Shown here: in pieces, positions 38,305 through 47,889 of the stretch
Layout of the letters: each line of letters opens with the position of its first letter
Position numbering within the stretch: position 1 is the stretch's first letter
From: Gloeobacterales cyanobacterium
GTDB taxonomy: Bacteria > Cyanobacteriota > Cyanobacteriia > Gloeobacterales > PMM-0068
DNA length: 64,000 bases
Direction of reading: 5' to 3'
Assembly (NCBI GenBank): GCA_038245785.1
Contig: JBBRSB010000030.1
Span: 386 to 64,385, forward strand
Program-made: the position numbers and the translations under genes
The notes under the pieces: model-generated
The model's input: the letters and a program-made list of their open reading frames with translations, nothing else
What the model was told of the DNA's origin: nothing
Database searches by the model: none

Positions 38305-39378
38305 ATGTCTCTCTATACCCAGGTTTTACACCCACTTTTGTTTCAGACCACTGACCCAGAAAAGCTCCATCGAGCAGTGATTAAAGGTTGTAGCACCCTG
38401 GGGAAATTCTCGGCGCTCCATCCTCTCCTCGATGCCTATTTCACTGTCGACGATAGCCGCTTGCGTCAAACGCTGTGGGGCTTAACCTTTCCGGCTCCAC
38501 TTGGCTTGGCGGCTGGATTTGATAAAAATGCCGATGGCGTGAATATTTGGAGCCATCTCGGTTTTGGGTTTGCTGAGATTGGTAGCGTCACGCGCCATGG
38601 GCAACCCGGCAATCCGCAACCTCGCCTGTTCCGCCTGCCGGAAGATGAGGCGATCATCAACCGCATGGGCTTTAACAATGATGGAGCCGATGTTGTCGCT
38701 CAGAAATTAGCGCTGCAGAAGTCCACCCTGCCGCTGGGCATTAATCTGGGCAAATCGAAAATTACTCCGCTGGAAGAAGCTCCAGAAGACTATCGCTATA
38801 GCTTTGAAAAGCTCTACAGCTTTGGCGATTACTTTGTGGTGAATGTCAGTTCCCCCAACACGCCGGGCTTACGGGAATTGCAAAATGTCAGCCGTCTCGA
38901 AGAAATCTTCAAAGCACTGCAAGCGGTCAACAGCGCTCAAAAGCCTTTACTGGTCAAAATTGCGCCAGACCTGGCAGATCCTGATATCGATGCGGTGGTA
39001 GACCTGGCCCAAAGTTATGCCCTCGCTGGAGTGATTGCCACCAACACGACCATTGGCCGGACGGGGCTAAAAAGCGACTATGCAAAATCTTTAGAAGGGG
39101 GGCTGAGTGGGGCTCCGGTGCGCAAGCGCTCTACTGAAGTGATCCAAAGAATCTATCGACGGACCGAAGGTAAACTGCCAATCATCGGTGTGGGTGGTAT
39201 TTTTCATCCCCAAGATGCCTGGGAAAAACTAGCGGCTGGAGCTTCTCTGCTCCAGACCTACACGGGATGGGTTTATGAAGGCCCCCGCTTGCCCTATTAC
39301 ATCCATCGGGGATTGCTGAACTTGATGGAACAACAGGGTCTTAAGCATTTGTCTGAGATAGTAGGAAAAGACGTTTAA
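38305..39378 (+). CDS. pyrD: quinone-dependent dihydroorotate dehydrogenase (class 2)
   Basis: GFDKNA, GFNNDG, NVSSPNTPGLR and IGVGGI motifs, with a size typical of class 2 PyrD. Confidence 0.9.
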   Translation: MSLYTQVLHPLLFQTTDPEKLHRAVIKGCSTLGKFSALHPLLDAYFTVDDSRLRQTLWGLTFPAPLGLAAGFDKNADGVNIWSHLGFGFAEIGSVTRHGQPGNPQPRLFRLPEDEAIINRMGFNNDGADVVAQKLALQKSTLPLGINLGKSKITPLEEAPEDYRYSFEKLYSFGDYFVVNVSSPNTPGLRELQNVSRLEEIFKALQAVNSAQKPLLVKIAPDLADPDIDAVVDLAQSYALAGVIATNTTIGRTGLKSDYAKSLEGGLSGAPVRKRSTEVIQRIYRRTEGKLPIIGVGGIFHPQDAWEKLAAGASLLQTYTGWVYEGPRLPYYIHRGLLNLMEQQGLKHLSEIVGKDV

Positions 39379-39391
39379 ACCTTGTACCTCT

Positions 39392-39901
39392 ATGAAACGG
39401 ACCATGCTCGTCGTCGCGTTCACCACACTCTCTTCTATCTTTAGCCCACCGAGTATGGCTTTGCCCAAAAAAGCGCAAATGCTGCCGATAGAAGCTCAGG
39501 TCACCCTGAACGGGAAAACTATTCAACTGGAAGTGGCCCGCACCCTTGAGCAAGAAGCAACAGGATTGATGTATCGCACGGAGCTCGCAGAGGACCGGGG
39601 GATGATTTTTTTGTTCAATCCAGCTACTCCCATCAGTTTCTGGATGAAAAATACGCTTATTCCTCTGGACATGGTATTCACCCGCTCTGGCAAGATAGCT
39701 TATCTTCAGCGCAATGCTCCTCCCTGCAAGACCTTAGACTGTCCAACCTATGGTGCCGGACTGAACGAGCCGATCGACCAGGTAATTGAGCTGCAAGCGG
39801 GAACAATTGACCGTCTCAAACTAAATGTTGAAGACCCAATTAATGTAGAGTTCAAAAAGACGGCTAAAGTCCCATCAAAAAAGCATGGAGTCCGATACTG
39901 A
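39392..39901 (+). CDS. DUF192 domain protein (secreted)
   Basis: Signal peptide, then GLMYRTELAEDRGMIFLF..FWMKNTLIPLDMVF typical of DUF192. Confidence 0.7.
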   Translation: MKRTMLVVAFTTLSSIFSPPSMALPKKAQMLPIEAQVTLNGKTIQLEVARTLEQEATGLMYRTELAEDRGMIFLFNPATPISFWMKNTLIPLDMVFTRSGKIAYLQRNAPPCKTLDCPTYGAGLNEPIDQVIELQAGTIDRLKLNVEDPINVEFKKTAKVPSKKHGVRY

Positions 39902-39955
39902 AGGACGCTGTCAGACCGTTATTATAGTGATCAGCAGGACTGAAGGAGTGTGCGT

Positions 39956-41809
39956 ATGTGCGGCATCGTAGGGTACATCGGTTATAAAGATACCTTGCCT
40001 ATCTTGGTAGAGGGACTGCGCAAACTGGAATACCGAGGCTATGACTCTGCTGGGGTTGCCACTGTTGTCCAAAATAATGGTTCTCATCCTGAACTCAACC
40101 TGGTCCGGGCCAAGGGTAAACTCCAAAATCTGGAGAACAAACTGGCCGATGATGCGCCCAATCATAAGATTTCTTGTATCGGCATTGGTCACACCCGTTG
40201 GGCCACCCACGGCAAACCGGAAGAGTACAATGCTCATCCCCATCTAGATACGCTAGGACGCTTAGCAGTTGTCCAGAATGGCATTATCGAAAACTACGGA
40301 GAGCTACGGGAAGAACTAAAAGCCCTGGGCCATAAGTTTGTCTCTGACACCGATACAGAGGTCATTCCCCATCTCATTGCTGAATACTTACCAGGCCGCA
40401 GTCTCCTGGAAGCCTGTCAAGTTGCGGTAAAGAAGCTACAGGGAGCTTTTGCCGTAGTTGTCCTGAGCGCTGATTTTCCCAATGAATTGATTGCCATTCG
40501 TCAACAGGCGCCGCTGGTCCTTGGTATTGGCAAGGAAGAGAATTTTTGCGCTTCCGATGTGCCCGCCATTATTCAGTACACTCAGGTAGTGCTACCGCTT
40601 CATAGTGGAGAGCTGGCTCGTTTGACGCCTAAGGGCATCCAGATTTTTGATTTTGCCGGGAATAAAGTTCGTCGCTCGCCCCAAACCGTAGCCTGGAACC
40701 CAGTAATGGTCGAGAAACAGGGCTTTCGTCACTTCATGCTCAAGGAAATCTATGAGCAACCGGGGGTTGTCCGTGCCGCTTTGGAAGGACGGGTTACAGA
40801 AACGGCCAATGGACAGCCTGTCAGCTTAGGCCTACCCAAGAATTTCTTGCATGATGTGGACCGGATCCATATCGTGGCCTGTGGTACCAGTTGGCACGCG
40901 GCCTTGGTCGGGAAGTTCCTCTTGGAAGAGCTTACGCATATCCCTACGGAAGTGTCCTATGCTTCAGAATTTCGCTATAGTACGCCTCCGCTGACAACCT
41001 CGTCTCTGGTCATTGGTGTTACTCAATCCGGTGAGACCGCCGATACCCTGGCAGCCCTGGAAGTAGCTAAAGCAGCAGGCACCAAACTCTTAGGCATTAC
41101 CAATCGTCCAGAGAGTTCTCTATCCGGTCTTGTTGCAGCCTTGATTGATACCCGTGCTGGAATTGAAATCGGGGTGGCGGCCACCAAGACCTTCACTGCT
41201 CAGCTCATTGCTTTTTACCTCTTGGCCTTGAACCTGGCATATGAGCGCAAGACCTGTTCTCCTGAACGCGTAGCAGTAATCCTGCAGGAGCTACGAGAGA
41301 TCCCAGCCCAGATGGAAGTAATTCTCGATACGCAAGAGCGCTATATCGAAGAACTGGCTAAGAATTTCGAGCACACCCGCGATTTCATCTATATCGGTCG
41401 TGGTATTAACTACCCGATTGCCCTGGAAGGAGCGCTGAAGCTTAAGGAAATTAGCTATATCCATGCAGAGGGCTATCCAGCGGGAGAAATGAAACATGGT
41501 CCAATTGCGCTTTTGGATGCCGATTGTCCTGTAGTCACCGTTGCTGTTCCAGGCAAAGTTTACGAGAAAGTCCTCTCCAATGCTCAGGAAGCTAAAGCTA
41601 GAGATGCCAAATTGATTGGAGTTACCCCCCGCACTCCACTTGCGGAGGAAACCTTTGATACGATTCTGCCTTTCCCAGAAGTAGATGAAATTGTCTCGCC
41701 CCTGCTCACCGTTCTTCCCCTACAACTTTTGGCCTATCACATTGCGGCTCGCAAAGGCCAGGACGTAGACCAGCCAAGGAATCTAGCTAAATCAGTGACA
41801 GTTGAGTAG
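39956..41809 (+). CDS. glmS: glutamine--fructose-6-phosphate aminotransferase
   Basis: The N-terminal nucleophile MCGIVGY follows GAAGGAG. Two SIS domains are present, and the canonical C-terminus is [11 protein letters not shown]. Confidence 0.95.
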   Translation: MCGIVGYIGYKDTLPILVEGLRKLEYRGYDSAGVATVVQNNGSHPELNLVRAKGKLQNLENKLADDAPNHKISCIGIGHTRWATHGKPEEYNAHPHLDTLGRLAVVQNGIIENYGELREELKALGHKFVSDTDTEVIPHLIAEYLPGRSLLEACQVAVKKLQGAFAVVVLSADFPNELIAIRQQAPLVLGIGKEENFCASDVPAIIQYTQVVLPLHSGELARLTPKGIQIFDFAGNKVRRSPQTVAWNPVMVEKQGFRHFMLKEIYEQPGVVRAALEGRVTETANGQPVSLGLPKNFLHDVDRIHIVACGTSWHAALVGKFLLEELTHIPTEVSYASEFRYSTPPLTTSSLVIGVTQSGETADTLAALEVAKAAGTKLLGITNRPESSLSGLVAALIDTRAGIEIGVAATKTFTAQLIAFYLLALNLAYERKTCSPERVAVILQELREIPAQMEVILDTQERYIEELAKNFEHTRDFIYIGRGINYPIALEGALKLKEISYIHAEGYPAGEMKHGPIALLDADCPVVTVAVPGKVYEKVLSNAQEAKARDAKLIGVTPRTPLAEETFDTILPFPEVDEIVSPLLTVLPLQLLAYHIAARKGQDVDQPRNLAKSVTVE

Positions 41810-41817
41810 TTCGGGCT

Positions 41818-42203
41818 TTGGAAGTGCTCAGGCATAGCCGAGGCTTACCCCAAGCACTGAAGATGGATAATGGGCCAGAGTTTACCAGCAAGACTCTGGC
41901 CGCTTGGTCAGCGCACACTGGCGTGAGATTGGAGTTTATAGAGCCTGGCAAACCCAGTCAGAATGGCCATCTGGAGAGCTTCAATGGCAAGTTCCGCGAT
42001 GAGTGTTTAAATACGCATTGGTTCACCAGCCTAAATGGTGCCCGGTGGAGCATAGAACTATGGCGGCAAGACTACAACCAAGTTCGACCGCACAGTGCCT
42101 TGGGCTACCTGAGCCCAGAAGCATTTGTGCAACGCAGTGAGGATGTGTTAGCTTCTTTTCCAAAACTCGCATATTGATTGGACCTCTTTTACGGGGCAGG
42201 TCA
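41818..42203 (+). mobile_element. IS3-family insertion sequence remnant (3' part of orfB plus right inverted repeat)
   Basis: The ORF reads [54 protein letters not shown] (DDE/rve core C-terminal part). The terminal sequence, read inward from 42203, is TGACCTGCCCCGTAAAAGAGGTCCAA. The N-terminal ~60% of the transposase and orfA are missing. Confidence 0.8.
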
Positions 42204-42299
42204 CTAAGGTTCTCTTAGATACAAATCTATGGCTCTACTTCTACACCCAATTCCCCTAAAGAAAACCGAAATTGTTAGCAAGCTGATTGAAAAATCGAA

Positions 42300-42677
42300 T
42301 CAAAAACCACTAAGGTTCAACTCCTTCATCCTATCCAAAACAATCTGATGGTTTTCCTGGTCCCCATTAGCCTTGTAGTGTTGGGCTGACGTCTTGAAGT
42401 CATTAATCGCCAAGTTCTTTTGTCCCTGGTCGTTGCGAGCCACGGCACGATTGAAATAAATCCGGCCCAAGACCCTGTGAGCCATCGGGAAATTCATCTG
42501 TTTAAGGGCACTTTCACCGTAGCTGATGGCCTTGTCGTAATCTAGGCTGTTCGGGTCACGCCCACCACAGCCACAACCGAGAAAACTGGCATAGTTGATC
42601 TTCGCCCAAGCGCTTGGATTAACAGCCAAGGTAGCTAGAGTAACGTTCAGCCTGTTTATACTCTTTTTTCGCTTCAT
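42300..42677 (-). CDS. secreted TPR/Sel1-like repeat protein
   Basis: 125 aa with its own signal peptide (MKRKKSINRLNVTLATLAVNPSAWA) and a helical-repeat body (AHRVLGRIYFNRAVARNDQGQKNLAINDFKTSAQHY). Confidence 0.45.
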   Translation of the reverse strand: MKRKKSINRLNVTLATLAVNPSAWAKINYASFLGCGCGGRDPNSLDYDKAISYGESALKQMNFPMAHRVLGRIYFNRAVARNDQGQKNLAINDFKTSAQHYKANGDQENHQIVLDRMKELNLSGF

Positions 42678-43176
42678 AGGCTTTGATCAATTGCAGGTAG
42701 GCAGCTTCCTTCCAACCTTTTCTCGGCTTTCTGCTGAGTGCCTTATTGGCCTGAACAATCGCCTCATCAGGGTTGTCCTCCCTGTTGGCGATTTTGGCAT
42801 AGACTACCCACACAGAGGCCTGGTTGGGGTTAATCTTTACCGCCGTTGCGGCCAACTTTCTAGCTGTGGGCACGTCATGCTCAAGATACGCTATCTTTGC
42901 TGAGAGCGTATACGCTTCGTAAAGGCGCGGATCGAGTTTTATGGCTTGGTCGAGTGCCCTATGAGCCATTTGTAATGCCTGTGGCTCATAGTCTTCGCTG
43001 CTGATATAGCCGAAGTCTAAGGCGAGATCGGCTAAGTCTACGTAGGCAAGAGCATTCCGGGGATTAGCCGTAAGAACCTGCTCAATATACTTCTTCGCTT
43101 CTAAGAGTTTGCGCTCATCTCCATGGGCATCGTCGATTGCCTTTTCTGCCCGTTCAAGGAGGGCTTTTTCATCCAC
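42619..43176 (-). CDS. TPR-repeat protein, C-terminal portion of a gene interrupted by the 144-bp repeat
   Basis: 185-aa ORF that starts only at a GTG immediately after the repeat. It is in the same frame as 43291..43545 and has TPR units (NALAYVDLADLALDFG.., YEAYTLSAKIAYLEHD.., ASVWVVYAKIANRED..). Confidence 0.55.
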   Translation of the reverse strand: MDEKALLERAEKAIDDAHGDERKLLEAKKYIEQVLTANPRNALAYVDLADLALDFGYISSEDYEPQALQMAHRALDQAIKLDPRLYEAYTLSAKIAYLEHDVPTARKLAATAVKINPNQASVWVVYAKIANREDNPDEAIVQANKALSRKPRKGWKEAAYLQLIKAYEAKKEYKQAERYSSYLGC

Positions 43177-43181
43177 CTTGG

Positions 43182-43325
43182 ACTAGAGCTCCTGCATGAA
43201 TCCCGGAAGCCCCCGTTCGTCTGACGCTCAGGGAAGCCTAAATCTCTCATAGCGTCAGCTTCTCGAAGAGTATTCTGGAGGACTTTTAGGTCAGAACCCC
43301 CCAAAGTTGGGGGGCAGGGGGGCGA
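43182..43325 (+). repeat. 144-bp dispersed repeat, copy B (MITE-like)
   Basis: 143/144 identical to 4405..4548. It carries three stop codons in the frame of the interrupted minus-strand gene. Confidence 0.95.
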
Positions 43326-43545
43326 CAGGAGCAGTAGGGGCGCTACTGGGTGCAGTTTTGCTGGATGTGCTTCCGCTTGTACGAGCTAGCTGCTCGGCTT
43401 CTTGACGGGTGAGATTGCCCGACCGCACTTGTTTCTCAAGGTTAGGGGGCAAAGCCAGAGCTACAGTGGCAGCACAGACGATATAGCTACTGGCAGCGAC
43501 CAGCGTCAACAGAGGACGGAACCCAGGCACCCAGAAATAAGACAT
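43291..43545 (-). pseudogene. N-terminal fragment (signal peptide plus linker) of the interrupted TPR gene
   Basis: The first 73 codons are native (signal peptide, LEKQVRSGNLTRQEA, S/T/A/P linker). The last 11 codons (VAPLPPNFGGF) and the stop come from the repeat. Confidence 0.6.
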
Positions 43546-43685
43546 GAGAAAAGATCAGGTGAAGCATCACGGGTATCATTCCCTGAGCACCTCTGGATAT
43601 ATCAGAATCCTCCTAGCTAAGCTATGCGTTGTGACTTTTGGGGTATACAAAGATTAATTCAAGCTCCTGAGCCTGCTAGGATTCT

Positions 43686-44015
43686 ATGCTTTTAACGCTT
43701 TATAGCCCCTTGGACTGCTCTCCAGCCAAGGATCTGGGCTACTTGCTATATAAGAATCCAGCGCGGGTACAGTCGTTTGCTCTTTCCTTTGGTCAAGCCC
43801 ATGTTTTCTATCCAGAAGCAAGTGCTGAGCGTTGCACTGTAGCCCTGCTGCTTGATATCGATCCGATTGGCTTGGTCCGTAACCGTCGGGGGGCAGGACA
43901 ACTTCTAGAACAATATGTGAATGACTGCCCCTATGTTGCTTCCTCGTTCCTGAGTGTGGCTATTTCGGAAGTGTTCGGTACCGCCATGACCGGCAAAAGT
44001 AGATTAACGAAGTAG
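43686..44015 (+). pseudogene. N-terminal fragment of bacterial Hen1 (RNA 3'-terminal 2'-O-methyltransferase)
   Basis: MLLTLYSP..AKDLGYLLYKNPARVQSFALSFGQAHVFYPEASAERCTVALLLDIDP..QYVNDCPYVASSFLSVAISEVFGTAM matches the Hen1 N-terminal domain as I recall it. The frame ends after 109 codons, against more than 400 expected as I recall, and no methyltransferase domain or pnkp gene follows. Confidence 0.6.
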
Positions 44016-44684
44016 CCCCGGAGCAGACTTTTGAATCAAAGCCAGGGTGCCATCAGCAACAAACTGTACGGCAATCGCCAGGATGAAAAAGCCTAAGACT
44101 CGGTTAAACGCTCCGATTCCGTTCTTACCCAGGGCTTTACTTAGCGGTTCTCCCAGGACAAGACAGACATAGAGGGCGATGCCAAGCAGCACGATGCCCA
44201 CAAGGCAGCCTATATAGTCCAGCCAGTGATCTGCTTTGGCGGATAAACCAATGACCACACCAATGGCTCCAGGACCACTCACCAGCGGGACTGCCATCGG
44301 AGTAAAGGAAATATCATCTTTGTCTTGAGCCTCCGTGTTTTCTGAGACACTCAGGCGCTGACGAACCGTAACCATTTCCCAGGCGGTTTGACCGATCATC
44401 AAACCGCCCGCGATGCGCAACACCCCTAAGGAGATCCCGAAGAATTCCAGGATGAAGCGTCCTCCCAGCAAAAAAATAGCTAAAACGAAAACAACATTAA
44501 TAGCTACCTGACGGGCCTGACGGCTACGGTAGGGGGGTGTATCCGACGAGGTCAGGCTGTAAAAGATAGGTACAGCCCCAATTGGGTTAGCAATCGGGAT
44601 TAAAGCGAGGAAAGTGCCCACCGTGTAGGAAATAAGTGCTTCCAAGTAATTTCTCTGAGGAATGCAGGATGAACCTAGTCCCAT
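44004..44684 (-). CDS. MarC-family (UPF0056) integral membrane protein
   Basis: LIPIANPIGAVPIFYSLT near the N-terminus and ~6 TM segments. An alternative TTG start at 44645 would avoid overlap with mgtA. Confidence 0.7.
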   Translation of the reverse strand: MGLGSSCIPQRNYLEALISYTVGTFLALIPIANPIGAVPIFYSLTSSDTPPYRSRQARQVAINVVFVLAIFLLGGRFILEFFGISLGVLRIAGGLMIGQTAWEMVTVRQRLSVSENTEAQDKDDISFTPMAVPLVSGPGAIGVVIGLSAKADHWLDYIGCLVGIVLLGIALYVCLVLGEPLSKALGKNGIGAFNRVLGFFILAIAVQFVADGTLALIQKSAPGLLR

Positions 44685-47185
44685 TTTGGAGTATGCCCGT
44701 CGATGAAGTACTGCAGCAGCTCAAAAGCTCGCCCACAGGGCTGACCAGCCAAGAAGTGAAAATACGACTGAAGCTGTATGGGCCGAATCTTCTAAAACCA
44801 AAGAAGAAATCAACGGCCCTGACGCTCTTCCTCTCTCAGTTTCAGAGCCCAATCATCCTGATTTTGATTTTTGCTGCTGGACTGTCTTTTTTCTTGAGTG
44901 CAACCACTGATGCGCTGATTATCTTAACGATTGTCTTGATCAGTGGTCTACTCGGTTTTTGGCAGGAACGAGGCGCGGCTGATGCTGTTGAAAAACTGCT
45001 GGCCTTGGTTCAAACCAAAGCGACGGTGCTCAGAGATGGAGCACGCCAAGAAATGTTTGTAGAGGAAGTGGTCCCTGGAGACCTTGTTTTTCTATCTGCG
45101 GGTGGCAGTATCCCTGGGGACTGTCTGCTTCTGGAAGCTAGCGACCTTTTTGTGGATGAAGCGACGTTAACGGGTGAAACCTATCCCGTTACCAAAGAAA
45201 TTGGTGTATTACCGGCAGAAACCCCACTAGCTAAGCGGAATAACGCGCTTTTCACAGGAACGCATGTAGTCAGTGGGAGCGCGACTGCGGTGGTGGTACA
45301 CACGGGTTTAGAGACTGAATTTGGCCAAGTCTCTCAACGTCTAGAACTGCGGCCTCCAGAGACGGAATTTGAACAGGGAATCCGCAAGTTTGGCTATCTC
45401 CTGATGGAAGTGACCCTTTATCTTGTAATTGCCATCTTTGCCGTCAATGTCTATCTGCAACGTCCCGTTTTAGATTCTGCGCTCTTTGCCTTAGCTTTAG
45501 CAGTAGGTCTCACGCCTCAACTGTTACCTGCCATCATCAGTATCAATCTAGCGCGTGGGGCAAAACGGCTTGCAGAACAAAAAGTAATTGTTAAACGCTT
45601 AGCCGCCATTGAAAATTTTGGCAGTATGAATGTGCTCTGTTCCGATAAGACAGGCACTATCACAGAAGGAGTTGTAAAGATTCAATCGGCTCGGGGACTC
45701 GATGGTCAAGAAAATGAAAAAGTCTTGTTTTATTCCTATCTGAATGCGGCCTATGAAACAGGCTTTATTAACCCCATTGATGAAGCTATTCGTACCCATA
45801 AAACATTTGATATTAGTCATTATCAAAAGCTGGATGAAGTTCCCTATGATTTTATCCGCAAGCGGCTGAGTATCTTAGTTGCTAAAGAAAATTTTTATCT
45901 GATGATTACTAAGGGTGCATTGAGCAACATATTATCGGTCTGTTCATCGGCAGAAAGGGTAGATGGAACATTTATAGATATTGCACAGGTACAAGAAGAG
46001 ATTCAGCAGCGCTTTGAAACATTGGGGAATGAAGGATTTCGGATATTGGGAGTTGCCTATCGATCATTCGATACAGCGAAAGATATTACCAAGGCCAATG
46101 AAGTAAACATGACTTTTCTAGGATGTTTGGTTTTCTTTGACCCTCCTAAACCTGATATTGCTGACACGATTCAGAGTTTGGCCCAGCTAGGTGTGTCTCT
46201 GAAAATGATTACGGGCGATAACCATGCAGTTGCTACCTATATTAGTCAGAAAATGGGTATCGTTGAGCCCAAGATTCTCACGGGGCAGGAATTGCGTCAT
46301 GTTAGCGATGAAGCTCTACTCCAGCGGGTCAATGAAACTAATGTTTTTGCTGAGGTTGAGCCCAACCAGAAAGAGCGTATTATCATCGCCTTGAAGAAGG
46401 CAGGGAATGTAGTCGGTTATATCGGAGATGGGATTAATGATGCTTCGGCTCTTCATGCTGCCGATGTCGGTATTTCTGTGGAAAGTGCGGTGGATGTGGC
46501 CAAAGAAGCTGCAGATATCGTGCTGTTAGAAAAGAGTCTCAGCGTTTTGCTAGCAGGCGTACGGGAGGGAAGAATTACGTTCGCCAATACGCTTAAATAT
46601 GTCTTTATGGCAACCAGTGCTAATTTCGGCAATATGTTTAGCATGGCAGGAGCTTCCTTGTTTCTATCTTTTCTGCCTTTACTGCCAAAGCAAATCTTGC
46701 TGACGAATTTGATGACAGATTTTCCTGAAATTACAATTGCAACAGACCGAGTCGATGATGAAATGGTTAAGCAACCTCGACGCTGGGATATTCAGTTTAT
46801 TCGCAATTTTATGCTGGCCTTTGGCTCGCTTAGTTCGATATTTGACTTCCTTACTTTTGGTGTCTTGCTCTTTGTCCTAAAAGCATCTCCAGAGCAATTT
46901 AGAACGGGTTGGTTCATGGAGTCTGTGATTTCCGCTTCATCGATTGTACTCGTGATTCGTAGTCGTCAGCCTTTCTTCAAAAGCATGCCAAGTCGATATC
47001 TGTTGATAGCAACGCTACTTATCGTAGTGAGCACGCTGCTAGTTCCATATACGCCTATCGCAGGTCTATTTGGTTTTCAACCCTTACCGATAATCTTTCT
47101 TGCCCTCTTAGGGGGGATTGTTGCCTCATATATCACTGCCGCTGAGGTAATGAAAAAGTATTTTTATAGATGGGTTAAATCATAA
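44669..47185 (+). CDS. mgtA: magnesium-translocating P-type ATPase
   Basis: Phosphorylation motif CSDKTGTITEG, plus TGDN, GDGINDA and the MgtA-type TM region LTNLMTDFPEITIATDRVD. ATG 44669 gives the typical N-terminus (..LKSSPTGLTSQEVKIRLKLYGPN). Confidence 0.85.
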   Translation: MNLVPFWSMPVDEVLQQLKSSPTGLTSQEVKIRLKLYGPNLLKPKKKSTALTLFLSQFQSPIILILIFAAGLSFFLSATTDALIILTIVLISGLLGFWQERGAADAVEKLLALVQTKATVLRDGARQEMFVEEVVPGDLVFLSAGGSIPGDCLLLEASDLFVDEATLTGETYPVTKEIGVLPAETPLAKRNNALFTGTHVVSGSATAVVVHTGLETEFGQVSQRLELRPPETEFEQGIRKFGYLLMEVTLYLVIAIFAVNVYLQRPVLDSALFALALAVGLTPQLLPAIISINLARGAKRLAEQKVIVKRLAAIENFGSMNVLCSDKTGTITEGVVKIQSARGLDGQENEKVLFYSYLNAAYETGFINPIDEAIRTHKTFDISHYQKLDEVPYDFIRKRLSILVAKENFYLMITKGALSNILSVCSSAERVDGTFIDIAQVQEEIQQRFETLGNEGFRILGVAYRSFDTAKDITKANEVNMTFLGCLVFFDPPKPDIADTIQSLAQLGVSLKMITGDNHAVATYISQKMGIVEPKILTGQELRHVSDEALLQRVNETNVFAEVEPNQKERIIIALKKAGNVVGYIGDGINDASALHAADVGISVESAVDVAKEAADIVLLEKSLSVLLAGVREGRITFANTLKYVFMATSANFGNMFSMAGASLFLSFLPLLPKQILLTNLMTDFPEITIATDRVDDEMVKQPRRWDIQFIRNFMLAFGSLSSIFDFLTFGVLLFVLKASPEQFRTGWFMESVISASSIVLVIRSRQPFFKSMPSRYLLIATLLIVVSTLLVPYTPIAGLFGFQPLPIIFLALLGGIVASYITAAEVMKKYFYRWVKS

Positions 47186-47323
47186 TTCAGGAGAACTAGC
47201 CATCAAAGGCAATAAGTTTTTATAACAGACTAAAATTTCGCTCTGTAAGAATCACTAGAATCAAGATAGAGCCATTGAAATGCTTGTCAACTGTCCAGTT
47301 TGCCAACAAATGGAGAAAGTTCT

Positions 47324-47803
47324 ATGGCTATCAGTGATCAAGGAAAAATAATCACTCTTTGGGCTGTTTTTCTGCTGGGAACTGTTTTTCATACCCAGCT
47401 AGGCTTGATGCCTTTATTTCATGGCAAAAGTATCGTTGAGATAGGGGCTAATCCAGCCGCTGATATTGATTGGATTATGTGGCTGATGCTTGGCTTTTTT
47501 GCATTGCCTATGTTTGCTATGGTCGTGACGGCTTTGACGGATGTAAAACCTTATAGAAAAGCTCATTTTTACCTGACGGCCTTCTATACGGTAATGAACT
47601 TTTTGCACGTAGTTTTTGATTTAATGGTTACGCCTATCTTCTGGTACCAGATAGCCTTGATGGTCATCCTCTTTGCAAATGGCATCTTGCTGAATATAAT
47701 CTCCTATCAATGGATGCAAGAGCATGTTGAACTTCAAGACCCCCCTGCGTCCCCCCACCCTAAACGGGAAGGCTCCGCCTACGAGGGGGGATTAGACCAT
47801 TGA
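47324..47803 (+). CDS. hypothetical integral membrane protein; C-terminal tail encoded by repeat family 2
   Basis: ATG 47324 follows GGAGAAAG. There are 4-5 TM segments, and the last ~20 codons (DPPASPHPKREGSAYEGGLDH) fall within the repeat at 47740..47791. Confidence 0.45.
   Translation: MAISDQGKIITLWAVFLLGTVFHTQLGLMPLFHGKSIVEIGANPAADIDWIMWLMLGFFALPMFAMVVTALTDVKPYRKAHFYLTAFYTVMNFLHVVFDLMVTPIFWYQIALMVILFANGILLNIISYQWMQEHVELQDPPASPHPKREGSAYEGGLDH
47740..47791 (+). repeat. GC-rich repeat family 2, copy B
   Basis: CCCCCCTGCGTCCCCCCACCCTAAACGGGAAGGCTCCGCCTACGAGGGGGGA is similar to 11672..11723. Confidence 0.85.
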
Positions 47804-47889
47804 GCGCTAAGTTTTCTTTTTCGCGTGGGGGTCCGTGCATGCAAATAATTAATCTTGAAAGATATAGAAACAGGCTTTTAAAGTCACAG

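Noticed and set aside
42619-42677. Frameshift at the T6/A6 run (42664-42669) joining the 185-aa and 125-aa TPR ORFs into one gene
   Set aside because: The 125-aa ORF begins with a convincing signal peptide of its own (MKRKKSINRLNVTLATLAVNPSAWA), which would be meaningless internally. A 59-nt overlap of two genes is the simpler reading.
44636-44684. Apparent divergent 5' overlap of marC and mgtA
   Set aside because: It is an artefact of longest-ORF starts. ATG 44669 gives the canonical MgtA N-terminus, and TTG 44645 gives a MarC N-terminus of normal length, which removes the overlap.
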